DNA of 63,805 bases, counting the filler, from an uncultured Acidimicrobiia bacterium (GTDB lineage Bacteria; Actinomycetota; Acidimicrobiia; Spongiisociales; JAOTWH01): assembly GCA_964347285.1 (NCBI GenBank). It is 3 parts of 3 records of this genome, joined end to end, with 100 filler letters (N's around TTAATTAATTAA, not from the genome) between each part and the next. Parts side by side here need not be neighbours in the genome. Positions count along the whole stretch, not along the records: positions 23,212 to 45,957 come from CAYFYE010000035.1; positions 46,058 to 63,805 come from CAYFYE010000051.1; 1 more part is not named here. One strand, 5' to 3'. Each line of letters starts with the position of its first letter. Within the stretch, counting starts at the first letter, position 1. The notes below the pieces were generated by a model, which was given only the letters and a program-made list of their open reading frames with translations, had not been told where the DNA came from and did no database searches. Position numbers and translations under genes: made by a program. Positions 41,063 to 48,763 of this stretch are shown here, one piece after another.

Positions 41063-41338
41063 TCAGCCCAGACGCCGCAGCAGCCTGTCGCGCCGCTCGA
41101 CCAGCTTGAGCCTCCGGAGCCGCAGGTCCTCCAGTGCCCGTTCGAATCGGGCTACATCGGCGCCGGTGTCCCGAGCATCCGCTCTATCGAGGGGGTGGTC
41201 GCTGACAACGGCGTCACGCTGGGCATCGTCGTGGAGGTGGCGGTGTATGGCCAGCTCTTCCGAAACCAGCGCCTCCTGGCGCTCGATGGCCGCGATCTGA
41301 TCGCCCAGCCGGAAGATCTTGCGCTCGAGGCGGCTCAC
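41063..41338 (-). CDS. Small coiled-coil hypothetical protein
   Basis: 91 aa helical heptad-rich ORF; its GTG overlaps the tadG-like stop (GTGA) and it fills the gap to polA. Confidence 0.75.
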   Translation of the reverse strand: MSRLERKIFRLGDQIAAIERQEALVSEELAIHRHLHDDAQRDAVVSDHPLDRADARDTGADVARFERALEDLRLRRLKLVERRDRLLRRLG

Positions 41339-43221
41339 GGTTCGGCAAACACCAGAGAGACCAGGCTCCCCTCCACACTGGCCTCCCAAGTGGTGCGGTC
41401 GTGGGCCAGGCCCCCCGAGTACGTGTAGGTCACCGTCCACCAGCAGAAGGGCTCCCCGCCGACCTCGGGACACCCGTAGTCGTTGGGAAGCCCGACCGTC
41501 ACCTTGAGCCAATGGCCGTTGAAACCACCCAGAGGGTGCTCGGCACCGGTGCGGGTGGCGTCGACCTGACAAGGCCTGCCCGGGGAGATCTCCTCCACCA
41601 CGCTGAACCGGGGCGGTCCGGCCCGCTCGGTCGACTCGGCGATCTGGCAGCCCCCGGTCCACACCGAGCCGTCGGGGCCGTTGATCTTGATCACATTGGC
41701 GACGCCCGGGTCGGCATCGCCGGGGTCGAACAGCCGGATGACCAGATTCTTGCCACGGTGCAGCTCGTCCACCTCGGCCAGGAAGAACTTCGAGTCCCGG
41801 GGAGCGCCGGAGCCTCCGTCGATATTGGAGAAGATCGACATGCGGTCGATGGCGAACAGACGGAAGCTCTCGCCGGAGGGAGGGCTTCCCTGCAGTCGGA
41901 GGGAATAGTGACTGGAGGCGGTCCCCCGGCCGGAGGTGAAGACCCGCAGCGGGTATACCCCGGGGGTGATTGCGCCGCCGCTGCTCGGAACGCTGCACAG
42001 GTCTTGCCACTGGTACCGGAGCCCGGATTCGGAAGGAATCGTCAGTTCACACAGCAGGGGATTGTCGCGATGATCGAACGGTGTCCCGTCGGGACCGTAC
42101 AGTCGGAAGGTCATGTTGGGGCCCATCGAGATCCCGTCGGCCACGGTGCTGATCTGGAGCCCGACCGTACCCCCCGTCAAGCCGATGCCGTTGCCGGTCA
42201 TCTCGGGCAGATCGGCGGGGCCCGGATCCTGGAATCGAACCCGCCAGGGATCGGCCGTGGTCCCGGTACCCCCCAAGGGCACGATTGCGTCCACACTCGA
42301 AAGCGCCTGGATTGCCGAAGCCACCCTGGCTGCAGAGGCGTCCCAGTCGATCGGTGCCGTGGTCTCGCCGCCGAAGCTGAGCGTGAACGTCCCGCCGGTG
42401 GCGTCGTGGCCGACCGATTGGATCTCGTAGACATTGGTGGCCGTAGGGAGGTCGAGGTGGTCGTCCCCGGTCTCGTCCTCGAATGTGTTGCGATCCAGGA
42501 ATCCGCCGTCGAAGACCTGAACGGTGAGGGCCGAGCTGCCGGTCGGAACCTCGACGGCGTACCAGTAGCCGTCCGGATCGCCGTCGGCGAGTGCTCCCAG
42601 ATACTCTTCGTTGGCGGTGACGCACTGAAGACCCAGGTTGTTGTTGGTCGATTCCCCCGGAAAGTCGTAGCACTGGGTGGCATACGGGTCGCCATGGTCC
42701 TTGCGAGTCAGCGGCGCCTGGATCGCCGCCCAGAACCCGGGACCGCCGTCGTCGGTGATGTCACGGCCGGCCACCGTCGGGTCGGCCCCGAAGAAGTCCT
42801 CGGGACTCCCCATGGGAATCGGGAGGATGTAACGAGCCTGAGCCCGGGCGTCGATGGTCACCGAGTCGATGCCGAACACCCGCATGAAGAACGTCTGGAC
42901 CTCGTCCGAGATCTCGACCCGCAGCTGTTTGTCGCCGATCTGGGTGGGGATCACCGTCGTGTCGGGATCGGCAGCGTCGTAGCCGTTGATGCCGGCCACA
43001 TCGACGGCGGTGGCCTTCGCCTCCTCGGTCTGGGCCGGAAGATGAGTCACCCCGGCCAGGGCGGCGGCGTCGGCCGCCCGCTGTACCCGCGACTTGCTGA
43101 GGAACAACCAGCCGATGTCGACTGCAAAGGCGGCCATGCCCAGCAGAACCACCAGCGAAGCCGCCGCCAGAACGAAGACGGCGCCGCTCTCCCGATTCTC
43201 ACCGTCCGGGGTGCCGGTCAC
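41335..43221 (-). CDS. TadG-like pseudopilin/tip adhesin
   Basis: ESG|AVFVL...AFAVDIG...QRAADAAALAG Tad N-terminus, followed by a large Cys-containing extracellular region. Confidence 0.85.
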   Translation of the reverse strand: MTGTPDGENRESGAVFVLAAASLVVLLGMAAFAVDIGWLFLSKSRVQRAADAAALAGVTHLPAQTEEAKATAVDVAGINGYDAADPDTTVIPTQIGDKQLRVEISDEVQTFFMRVFGIDSVTIDARAQARYILPIPMGSPEDFFGADPTVAGRDITDDGGPGFWAAIQAPLTRKDHGDPYATQCYDFPGESTNNNLGLQCVTANEEYLGALADGDPDGYWYAVEVPTGSSALTVQVFDGGFLDRNTFEDETGDDHLDLPTATNVYEIQSVGHDATGGTFTLSFGGETTAPIDWDASAARVASAIQALSSVDAIVPLGGTGTTADPWRVRFQDPGPADLPEMTGNGIGLTGGTVGLQISTVADGISMGPNMTFRLYGPDGTPFDHRDNPLLCELTIPSESGLRYQWQDLCSVPSSGGAITPGVYPLRVFTSGRGTASSHYSLRLQGSPPSGESFRLFAIDRMSIFSNIDGGSGAPRDSKFFLAEVDELHRGKNLVIRLFDPGDADPGVANVIKINGPDGSVWTGGCQIAESTERAGPPRFSVVEEISPGRPCQVDATRTGAEHPLGGFNGHWLKVTVGLPNDYGCPEVGGEPFCWWTVTYTYSGGLAHDRTTWEASVEGSLVSLVFAEP

Positions 43222-43763
43222 GGTACGAAAGTCTTCGGCTCGAGCCGCATCACGGCGTCGTCGACCCACGTCGTTGTTCCGCCGAACGGTCCGACGTTGG
43301 TGATCCAATCGTGGCTGAAGACGATGCGGATGCCCAGCAAGTCCAGATCGCCTGCGACCACGCTCCGATCGGTCGGGGGCCAATTGCTGCCCGCTTGACG
43401 GTCCCAGCCTTCATTGCACACCAGCAGATCGGCGGGCGTATCACCGGCCACCTTGTAGTGCTGGCGCTCGGTGGACATGCTGCCGTCGCTGTTCGCCTTG
43501 AAGATGTAGACGTCCTCGATGTCCTCCAGATCGACTGTGAGCAGTGACCCCGACAGCGCATCGAGTATGAAACAGTCGGCCCCGTCGGCGTTGCCGGCCG
43601 CCGATCCCACCCGGGCCCCCTCACGTGAGGCGCTGGTGATGCTGAGCCAGTCGCGAAACGCAAAGCCGGCCTCGACGGCACCGAATATCAAGCCGAACAA
43701 CAACAGTGAAACGAGAGCGAACTCCACGAGAGCCGCCCCCCGATCGTCGCCCTTTGGTCTCAC
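43218..43763 (-). CDS. tadE: TadE-like pseudopilin
   Basis: RG|AALVEFAL, ASREGAR. Confidence 0.9.
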   Translation of the reverse strand: MRPKGDDRGAALVEFALVSLLLFGLIFGAVEAGFAFRDWLSITSASREGARVGSAAGNADGADCFILDALSGSLLTVDLEDIEDVYIFKANSDGSMSTERQHYKVAGDTPADLLVCNEGWDRQAGSNWPPTDRSVVAGDLDLLGIRIVFSHDWITNVGPFGGTTTWVDDAVMRLEPKTFVP

Positions 43764-43834
43764 CCCGAACCCACAGAAGCGGGAGCGGCCAGTGTATCGG
43801 GGCGGGCCGCCTCGCTCCTAACATGCGCCTTCCG

Positions 43835-43917
43835 GCCGGGATGGCGGAACGGTAGACGCGGCGGACTCAAAATCCGCTGGGCGAAAGCCCGTGGGGGTTC
43901 GAATCCCCCTCCCGGTA
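43835..43917 (+). tRNA. tRNA-Leu(CAA)
   Basis: Acceptor stem GCCGGGA/TCCCGGT, anticodon arm GCGGA-CTCAAAA-TCCGC, long variable arm, GTTCGAATC T-loop; CCA not encoded. Confidence 0.97.
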
Positions 43918-43971
43918 CGCCTCCATTCATCGCTTACCCCCGGCCGGTCCCGGTCCGTGGTCGTCCCGTCC

Positions 43972-44016
43972 AATATGGCAATCGTCGCTTCGGCCCGCAA
44001 TGGGTCGGTCGACCCA
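43972..44016 (-). promoter_or_regulatory. Putative activator-dependent promoter oriented toward tadE
   Basis: Palindrome TGGGTC-GGTC-GACCCA (44001-44016); TGC-CATATT on the minus strand 23 nt downstream, the same geometry as the flp promoter. Confidence 0.55.
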
Positions 44017-44160
44017 AAAGAGCCGGGGACCGGATCGTCCGGCCCCCGGCGGGATGCCCATCCTGCTGCTGCTGTCAAACAGATCGGCACCGGACGGGCC
44101 GCAATCGAGAATGGTTTCCCGCAATGCAGGCTGACTAGTCACCCAATGGTTCGAGGAGTG

Positions 44161-45132
44161 TTAGGAGACATTGAAATCATCGAGGGGTAGCTCCCGGACG
44201 TCCGCCGGCGCCGAGCCCCCCGGCCAGCGCACCTCCAGGAGGTCCCCCGGCTCGACTTGACGCCGGACCATCGCCAGGGCCACGGGGGCACGCAACTCCA
44301 GAGACTCGCCGACCGAGGTGAGGCGGCCCACCGCAGCACCGCCGGAGACCAGCTCGGCGCCCCGGGGGGGAATCACGTTCTGGCGCAGGGTCAGCCCCCG
44401 CAGGAACCGGTTCACGTGGCCCCGACTGTGGATCCGGGCCACCAGTTCCTGTCCCAAATAGCAGCCTTTGGTGAACGACACGGCCTCCTCGACGAGTCCG
44501 GACTCCTGGGGGATCGTGTCCTCGTCGAGATCGACTCCCATCTTGGGCTCGCCGGCCTCGATCCTGACCGCGGTGGCGGCCAGCGCCCCGACCGGAACGG
44601 CTCCCGCCGCCTCGAGTGATCGGCTCTCCGTGCCCGCCACGAAATACCTGGGCAGTCGGCCCAGATCGGCGCGGGCCACCAGAACCCCGCCATCCCGCGT
44701 CCAACCCTCCGGAGCCTCCACACCGGCCCGGGCCAGCACCCGGCCGGAGCCGGGGCCCCAGACTTCCACCACCGGATTCGGCTCGGGATCGATCTCGGCG
44801 GCCACCCTCAGCTTGAATCGTTCCAGGTCGGCTGCCACGGTCCTGCCCAAGCCGGCGTCTGCCACCAGCCCGACTTCGTCGACTCCGCTCAGCACCCAGA
44901 GCACGGCGCGCAGTTTTCCTCGAGGGGACAGCAGGAATGAGCGAGCCGTCGAGTCCGGTCCGAGAGCAGCCACGTCCTGACTCAGCAGCCCGTCCAGAAA
45001 GGACACTGCGTCCGGGCCGCGCACCCAGGTGATCTCGTGCTCCCCGGTCACGACTCCGGCGTCGCTGCGCAGGGCCAGATACTCACCCGTCACGTCTCCG
45101 TAGCTGGGAGCACGGTCGCGCTGATCCACCAT
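44161..45132 (-). CDS. YgfZ/GcvT-like folate-binding protein
   Basis: GPDAVSFLDGLLSQD, RIEAG, signature KGCYLGQELVAR. Confidence 0.92.
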   Translation of the reverse strand: MVDQRDRAPSYGDVTGEYLALRSDAGVVTGEHEITWVRGPDAVSFLDGLLSQDVAALGPDSTARSFLLSPRGKLRAVLWVLSGVDEVGLVADAGLGRTVAADLERFKLRVAAEIDPEPNPVVEVWGPGSGRVLARAGVEAPEGWTRDGGVLVARADLGRLPRYFVAGTESRSLEAAGAVPVGALAATAVRIEAGEPKMGVDLDEDTIPQESGLVEEAVSFTKGCYLGQELVARIHSRGHVNRFLRGLTLRQNVIPPRGAELVSGGAAVGRLTSVGESLELRAPVALAMVRRQVEPGDLLEVRWPGGSAPADVRELPLDDFNVS

Positions 45133-45148
45133 CGCCTCAGCGTATCGG

Positions 45149-45907
45149 TCAGATCGTCGCCAAGTCTTCGAGCCCGAGGCGAATCAGGAGATCGCTGAAG
45201 AAGCGCGACAGGTCGGTGATGCGGCCGGTGATCATCAGAACCCCGAAGCCGGCGAGCAGCAGGCCGGATGCCACGTGGACCGGGCGCAGATAGGTGCGCA
45301 GCCAGCGAAACGCCGCGAACGCCTTGCTCAAGCCGATCGAGGCCGCCAGGAAGGGGACGCCCAGTCCCATCGAGTACGAAAACAGCAACAGCATCCCTCT
45401 CCCCACGGTCTCCTCGTTGGCCGCCAAAGTGAGAATGGCGGCGAGGACCGGCCCGATACAGGGCGTCCATCCGAACCCGAAGGCGACTCCCATCACCGGG
45501 GGGGCCCAGACACCAAGGCGAGAAGGGCGCACCTCGAGGCGCCTCTCACGCATCAATCCCATCAGGATGGAGGGATTCCACACCGCAGTGACCGCTATGA
45601 ACAGGCCCATCGCCACAATCACCCACCCGGCGATTCTCGTGAACGTGTTCTGGTTACTGACCAGAAACGAGCCGAGCGACGTCGCCCCGGCCCCCAGGGC
45701 CACGAAGACGGCGGTGAAACCGAGGATGAACAAGGTGGTGGCGTAGAGGACCCGGCGCGTCGATGCCTGGCCGGTCGATAGCTCATTGGCCGAGTACCCC
45801 GACATCAGGCTGAGGTAGCCGGGCAGAAGCGGCAGTACGCACGGGGAGATGAACGACACCGCACCGAAGGCAAAGGCAATCAGTACGTTGACCTCGGTGG
45901 TTGACAT
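45149..45907 (-). CDS. ccdA: Cytochrome c biogenesis protein CcdA
   Basis: SFISPCVLPLLPGY and GWTPCIGP motifs. Confidence 0.93.
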   Translation of the reverse strand: MSTTEVNVLIAFAFGAVSFISPCVLPLLPGYLSLMSGYSANELSTGQASTRRVLYATTLFILGFTAVFVALGAGATSLGSFLVSNQNTFTRIAGWVIVAMGLFIAVTAVWNPSILMGLMRERRLEVRPSRLGVWAPPVMGVAFGFGWTPCIGPVLAAILTLAANEETVGRGMLLLFSYSMGLGVPFLAASIGLSKAFAAFRWLRTYLRPVHVASGLLLAGFGVLMITGRITDLSRFFSDLLIRLGLEDLATI

Positions 45908-45957
45908 GCCGTACTCCAGCTGGGTCGATCGGGGGAAGCCCCGCGTACAACGGTAAA

Positions 45958-46057
45958 NNNNNNNNNNNNNNNNNNNNNNNNNNNNNNNNNNNNNNNNNNN
46001 NTTAATTAATTAANNNNNNNNNNNNNNNNNNNNNNNNNNNNNNNNNNNNNNNNNNNN
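45958..46057. other. Artificial contig-joining spacer
   Basis: 44N + TTAATTAATTAA + 44N. Confidence 0.97.
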
Positions 46058-46127
46058 CGAGCTTCTCGATGAGGTACCGCCCGCTGCGCACGCCTTCGGG
46101 CACCTCGGTCCACTCGGGCAACGGCAT
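46058..46127 (-). CDS. 5' fragment of an unidentified gene cut by the contig end
   Basis: GAGGGAGG RBS followed by ATG, MPLPEWTEVPEGVRSGRYLIEKL... Confidence 0.5.
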
Positions 46128-46210
46128 GGATCCTCCCTCGGGGCACTCCCAAACCGGGCTCGAGGACGGTGACTGCTAGCTTCGCGCCTGTCTATCGGGA
46201 TGACCGCCTG

Positions 46211-46627
46211 ATGCGCATCACTACCGCGTTGCTGGCCGATGCCGCCCAGGTGCACGGCGGAAAGCTGTTCGTCCTCGGAGGGGGCTTCACCACCATCAGC
46301 ACCCGGCGCCTGCCGGCCGTTCACCCGGCCCTCTCGCTGGTCCTGCTCGCCGAGGTGGAACCCCATGAATGGGACCAGGACCTCGACCTGCGCATTCAGT
46401 TGATCGACGAGGACGGCCAACCCCAGGGCATCGATGCCAAGGGAAAACTGCGGGTCGGCAAAGCCATCCACCTGGCCCCCGGCGAGCCCTCGCTCGTGCC
46501 CATGGTGAGCAACTTCATCAATCTCCGGCTGGCCGAGGCCAAGCGCTACGCGTTCGCCGTGAGCCATCAGGACCGCGAAATCGCCCGGGTTGGGTTTCGG
46601 GTGATCCTCATCGGAGACGACAGCTGA
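46211..46627 (+). CDS. Conserved beta-rich hypothetical protein (DUF6941-like)
   Basis: LLADAAQVHGGKLFVLGGG N-terminal motif. Confidence 0.7.
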   Translation: MRITTALLADAAQVHGGKLFVLGGGFTTISTRRLPAVHPALSLVLLAEVEPHEWDQDLDLRIQLIDEDGQPQGIDAKGKLRVGKAIHLAPGEPSLVPMVSNFINLRLAEAKRYAFAVSHQDREIARVGFRVILIGDDS

Positions 46628-47181
46628 AGATCCTCACCATCCCCAACCTCGTGTCGATGGTCAGGCTGGCGCTGGTGCCGGTGTTCATCTGGCTGCTGGT
46701 GGGGCGCGACGACCCGGTGGCCGCCGGATGGCTACTGGGAGGCATCGGGGCTACCGATTGGGTCGACGGCTACCTGGCCCGCCGGCTGGGCCAGGTGTCG
46801 AAGGGTGGGGAGGTCTTGGATCCGCTGGCCGATCGAGCCGCAGTGGCCGCCGCCCTAGTGGGCGGGCTCATCACCGGAGACCTACCCACGTGGTATGCAG
46901 TGGCGCTGATCGTGCGCGAGGTCGGTGTGGCCGGAGGCGCCCTGTATCTGGGAGTGCGGGCTCGGGCCAAGCTGGAGGTGCGCTACATCGGCAAGGTGGC
47001 CACGTTCGGGGTCTACGCCGCCCTCGCCTGGTTCCTGGTGGGACGGGGCGGCGATGTGGCCTGGCTCGAGGTTCTGGCCTGGGTGGTCGGAATCCCGGCG
47101 CTCGTGCTGTACTACGTGGTGGCCGTCCAGTACTTCGTCGACTTCCGCCACACCCTCGCCGCCGGCGAGGCCGGGGAGTAG
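46624..47181 (+). CDS. CDP-alcohol phosphatidyltransferase (PgsA2/cardiolipin synthase-like)
   Basis: LTIPN..S..R, TDWVDGYLARRLGQVS..G..LDPLADR; probable CTG start. Confidence 0.88.
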   Translation: MKILTIPNLVSMVRLALVPVFIWLLVGRDDPVAAGWLLGGIGATDWVDGYLARRLGQVSKGGEVLDPLADRAAVAAALVGGLITGDLPTWYAVALIVREVGVAGGALYLGVRARAKLEVRYIGKVATFGVYAALAWFLVGRGGDVAWLEVLAWVVGIPALVLYYVVAVQYFVDFRHTLAAGEAGE

Positions 47182-47217
47182 TCTCGGCGCTCGGCGCTCG
47201 GCGAGAGGAGGAGGTAC

Positions 47218-47598
47218 ATGGAGGTCCGGACGGACCGCCGCTACACCAAGGAACACGAGTGGGCCTTGGAAGAGGGGGAAGGCAGGATTCGGGTCGGGAT
47301 CACCGATTACGCCCAGGACGCTCTCGGCGATGTGGTCTTCGTAGAACTCCCCGAGGTGGGAGCCCACTTCGGCGCAGAAGACACCATGGCCGAGGTCGAG
47401 TCCACCAAATCGGTGGCCGAGGTCTATGCCCCGGTGGCCGGCACGATCGCCGAGATCAACCAGCGGTTGGTCGAGAACCCAGAACTCGTCAATCAGGAGC
47501 CATACGACGCCGGGTGGTTCGTGCTGATCGAGGCCGAGGATCCGACTGCGCTGGAGGGCTTGCTGGACGCTGCCGGCTACGAGGCCATCACCGCCTGA
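47218..47598 (+). CDS. gcvH: Glycine cleavage system H protein
   Basis: YTKEHEW, GITDYAQDALGDVVFV, lipoyl motif VESTKSV. Confidence 0.97.
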   Translation: MEVRTDRRYTKEHEWALEEGEGRIRVGITDYAQDALGDVVFVELPEVGAHFGAEDTMAEVESTKSVAEVYAPVAGTIAEINQRLVENPELVNQEPYDAGWFVLIEAEDPTALEGLLDAAGYEAITA

Positions 47599-47657
47599 AA
47601 AGGGCTGCCTCGACGACAACTTGAAGGTTCGTCGCAGGCCGTAGCTACCATGGCTAC

Positions 47658-48077
47658 ATGAAGGCTCCGGCACCACACTCTGAGCCGTCGTCGAGGGCGG
47701 ATGAGCACGATCCGACCGTGGTCTACGCCCCGGAAGTCCTCCTGGAAGCCGAGGCGGTGGGGGCCCGCATCCAGGGAGACTTCGAATATGCACTGGTCGT
47801 CGAGCGCGGCCCCAGGGCCGGGCTCGCCTTCATTCTCAACCCCGGGGTCACCACCATCGGGCGGTCGGCGGAAAGCAACATCTTCCTCGACGATGTCACC
47901 GTGTCGCGCGACCATGCCCGCCTCGAGCTGGAAGAGGGCAGGCTGACCGTCGAGGACGCCGGATCGACCAACGGCACCTACGTCAACGGGGCCCGGCTGG
48001 AGAAGGCGCTGCTGAACGCCGGCGACGAGGTGATCGTCGGCAAGTACCACCTGATCGTGGCCCGGGGTGATGGCTGA
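47658..48077 (+). CDS. FHA domain protein (GarA/OdhI-like)
   Basis: IGR, IFLDDVTVSRDHA, GSTNGTYVNG; position between gcvH and MerR. Confidence 0.88.
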   Translation: MKAPAPHSEPSSRADEHDPTVVYAPEVLLEAEAVGARIQGDFEYALVVERGPRAGLAFILNPGVTTIGRSAESNIFLDDVTVSRDHARLELEEGRLTVEDAGSTNGTYVNGARLEKALLNAGDEVIVGKYHLIVARGDG

Positions 48078-48762
48078 GCCCTCTCGTCGCACCATCGGCG
48101 AGGTGATCTCCGAATTGAGGGAGGAGTTCCCCGAAGTCAGCGTCTCCAAGCTCCGCTTCCTGGAGGCCCAGAACCTCATCAGCCCGGCCCGGAGCCCCTC
48201 CGGCTACCGGGAGTTCGCCGATTCCGATGTGGAGCGAATTCGCTACATCCTTCGGCAGCAACGCGATCACTTCCTGCCGCTCAAAGTCATCAAGTCCAAG
48301 CTCACTTCGTGGGAACGGGGCGAAGATGCCGGGTCCCTCCCGGAAGGAACTCCCCCCGAGGCCTACTTTGCCGCCCCCGGCGTCTCGATGACTCCGGCCG
48401 ACCTGGCCAAGGCGGCCGGGCTCAGCCGCAAGCAGCTGGCGGCCCTCGTCGAACATGGAGTGCTGGAGCCGCTGCGGCTGGACGGAGGCAAGGAGGTCTT
48501 TCGTGATGAGGACCTGGTGGTAGCTCGCGCCGCTCACCGCCTGTTGCGCAATGGTCTGGAAGCCCGCCACCTCAGGGCATTCCGGCTGGCGATCGACCGG
48601 GAGGTCGACCTGCTCCATCGACTCACCGAACCGATGCTGCGCCACCGCAACCCCGAGAGCCGACGGCGAGCCGCCGAGATCCTGGCCGATTCGGCCCAGG
48701 CGGGCCGCGACCTCTCTGAAGCCCTGCTGCGCGCCGAGCTGCGGCGTCTGCTGGAAGGCTGA
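48070..48762 (+). CDS. MerR family regulator (Rv1828-like)
   Basis: IGEV...EFPEVSVSKLRFLE...RSPSGYR...QRDHFLPLKVIK. Confidence 0.9.
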   Translation: MAEPSRRTIGEVISELREEFPEVSVSKLRFLEAQNLISPARSPSGYREFADSDVERIRYILRQQRDHFLPLKVIKSKLTSWERGEDAGSLPEGTPPEAYFAAPGVSMTPADLAKAAGLSRKQLAALVEHGVLEPLRLDGGKEVFRDEDLVVARAAHRLLRNGLEARHLRAFRLAIDREVDLLHRLTEPMLRHRNPESRRRAAEILADSAQAGRDLSEALLRAELRRLLEG

Positions 48763-48763
48763 C

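Noticed and set aside
43818..44090. 90-aa minus-strand ORF over the tRNA
   Set aside because: Its C-terminal part is simply the antisense translation of the tRNA; no coding evidence.
43835..44160. tRNA-Leu as the attachment site of an integrated element carrying the tad genes
   Set aside because: No integrase and no duplicated tRNA 3' end seen; the flanking genes are housekeeping.
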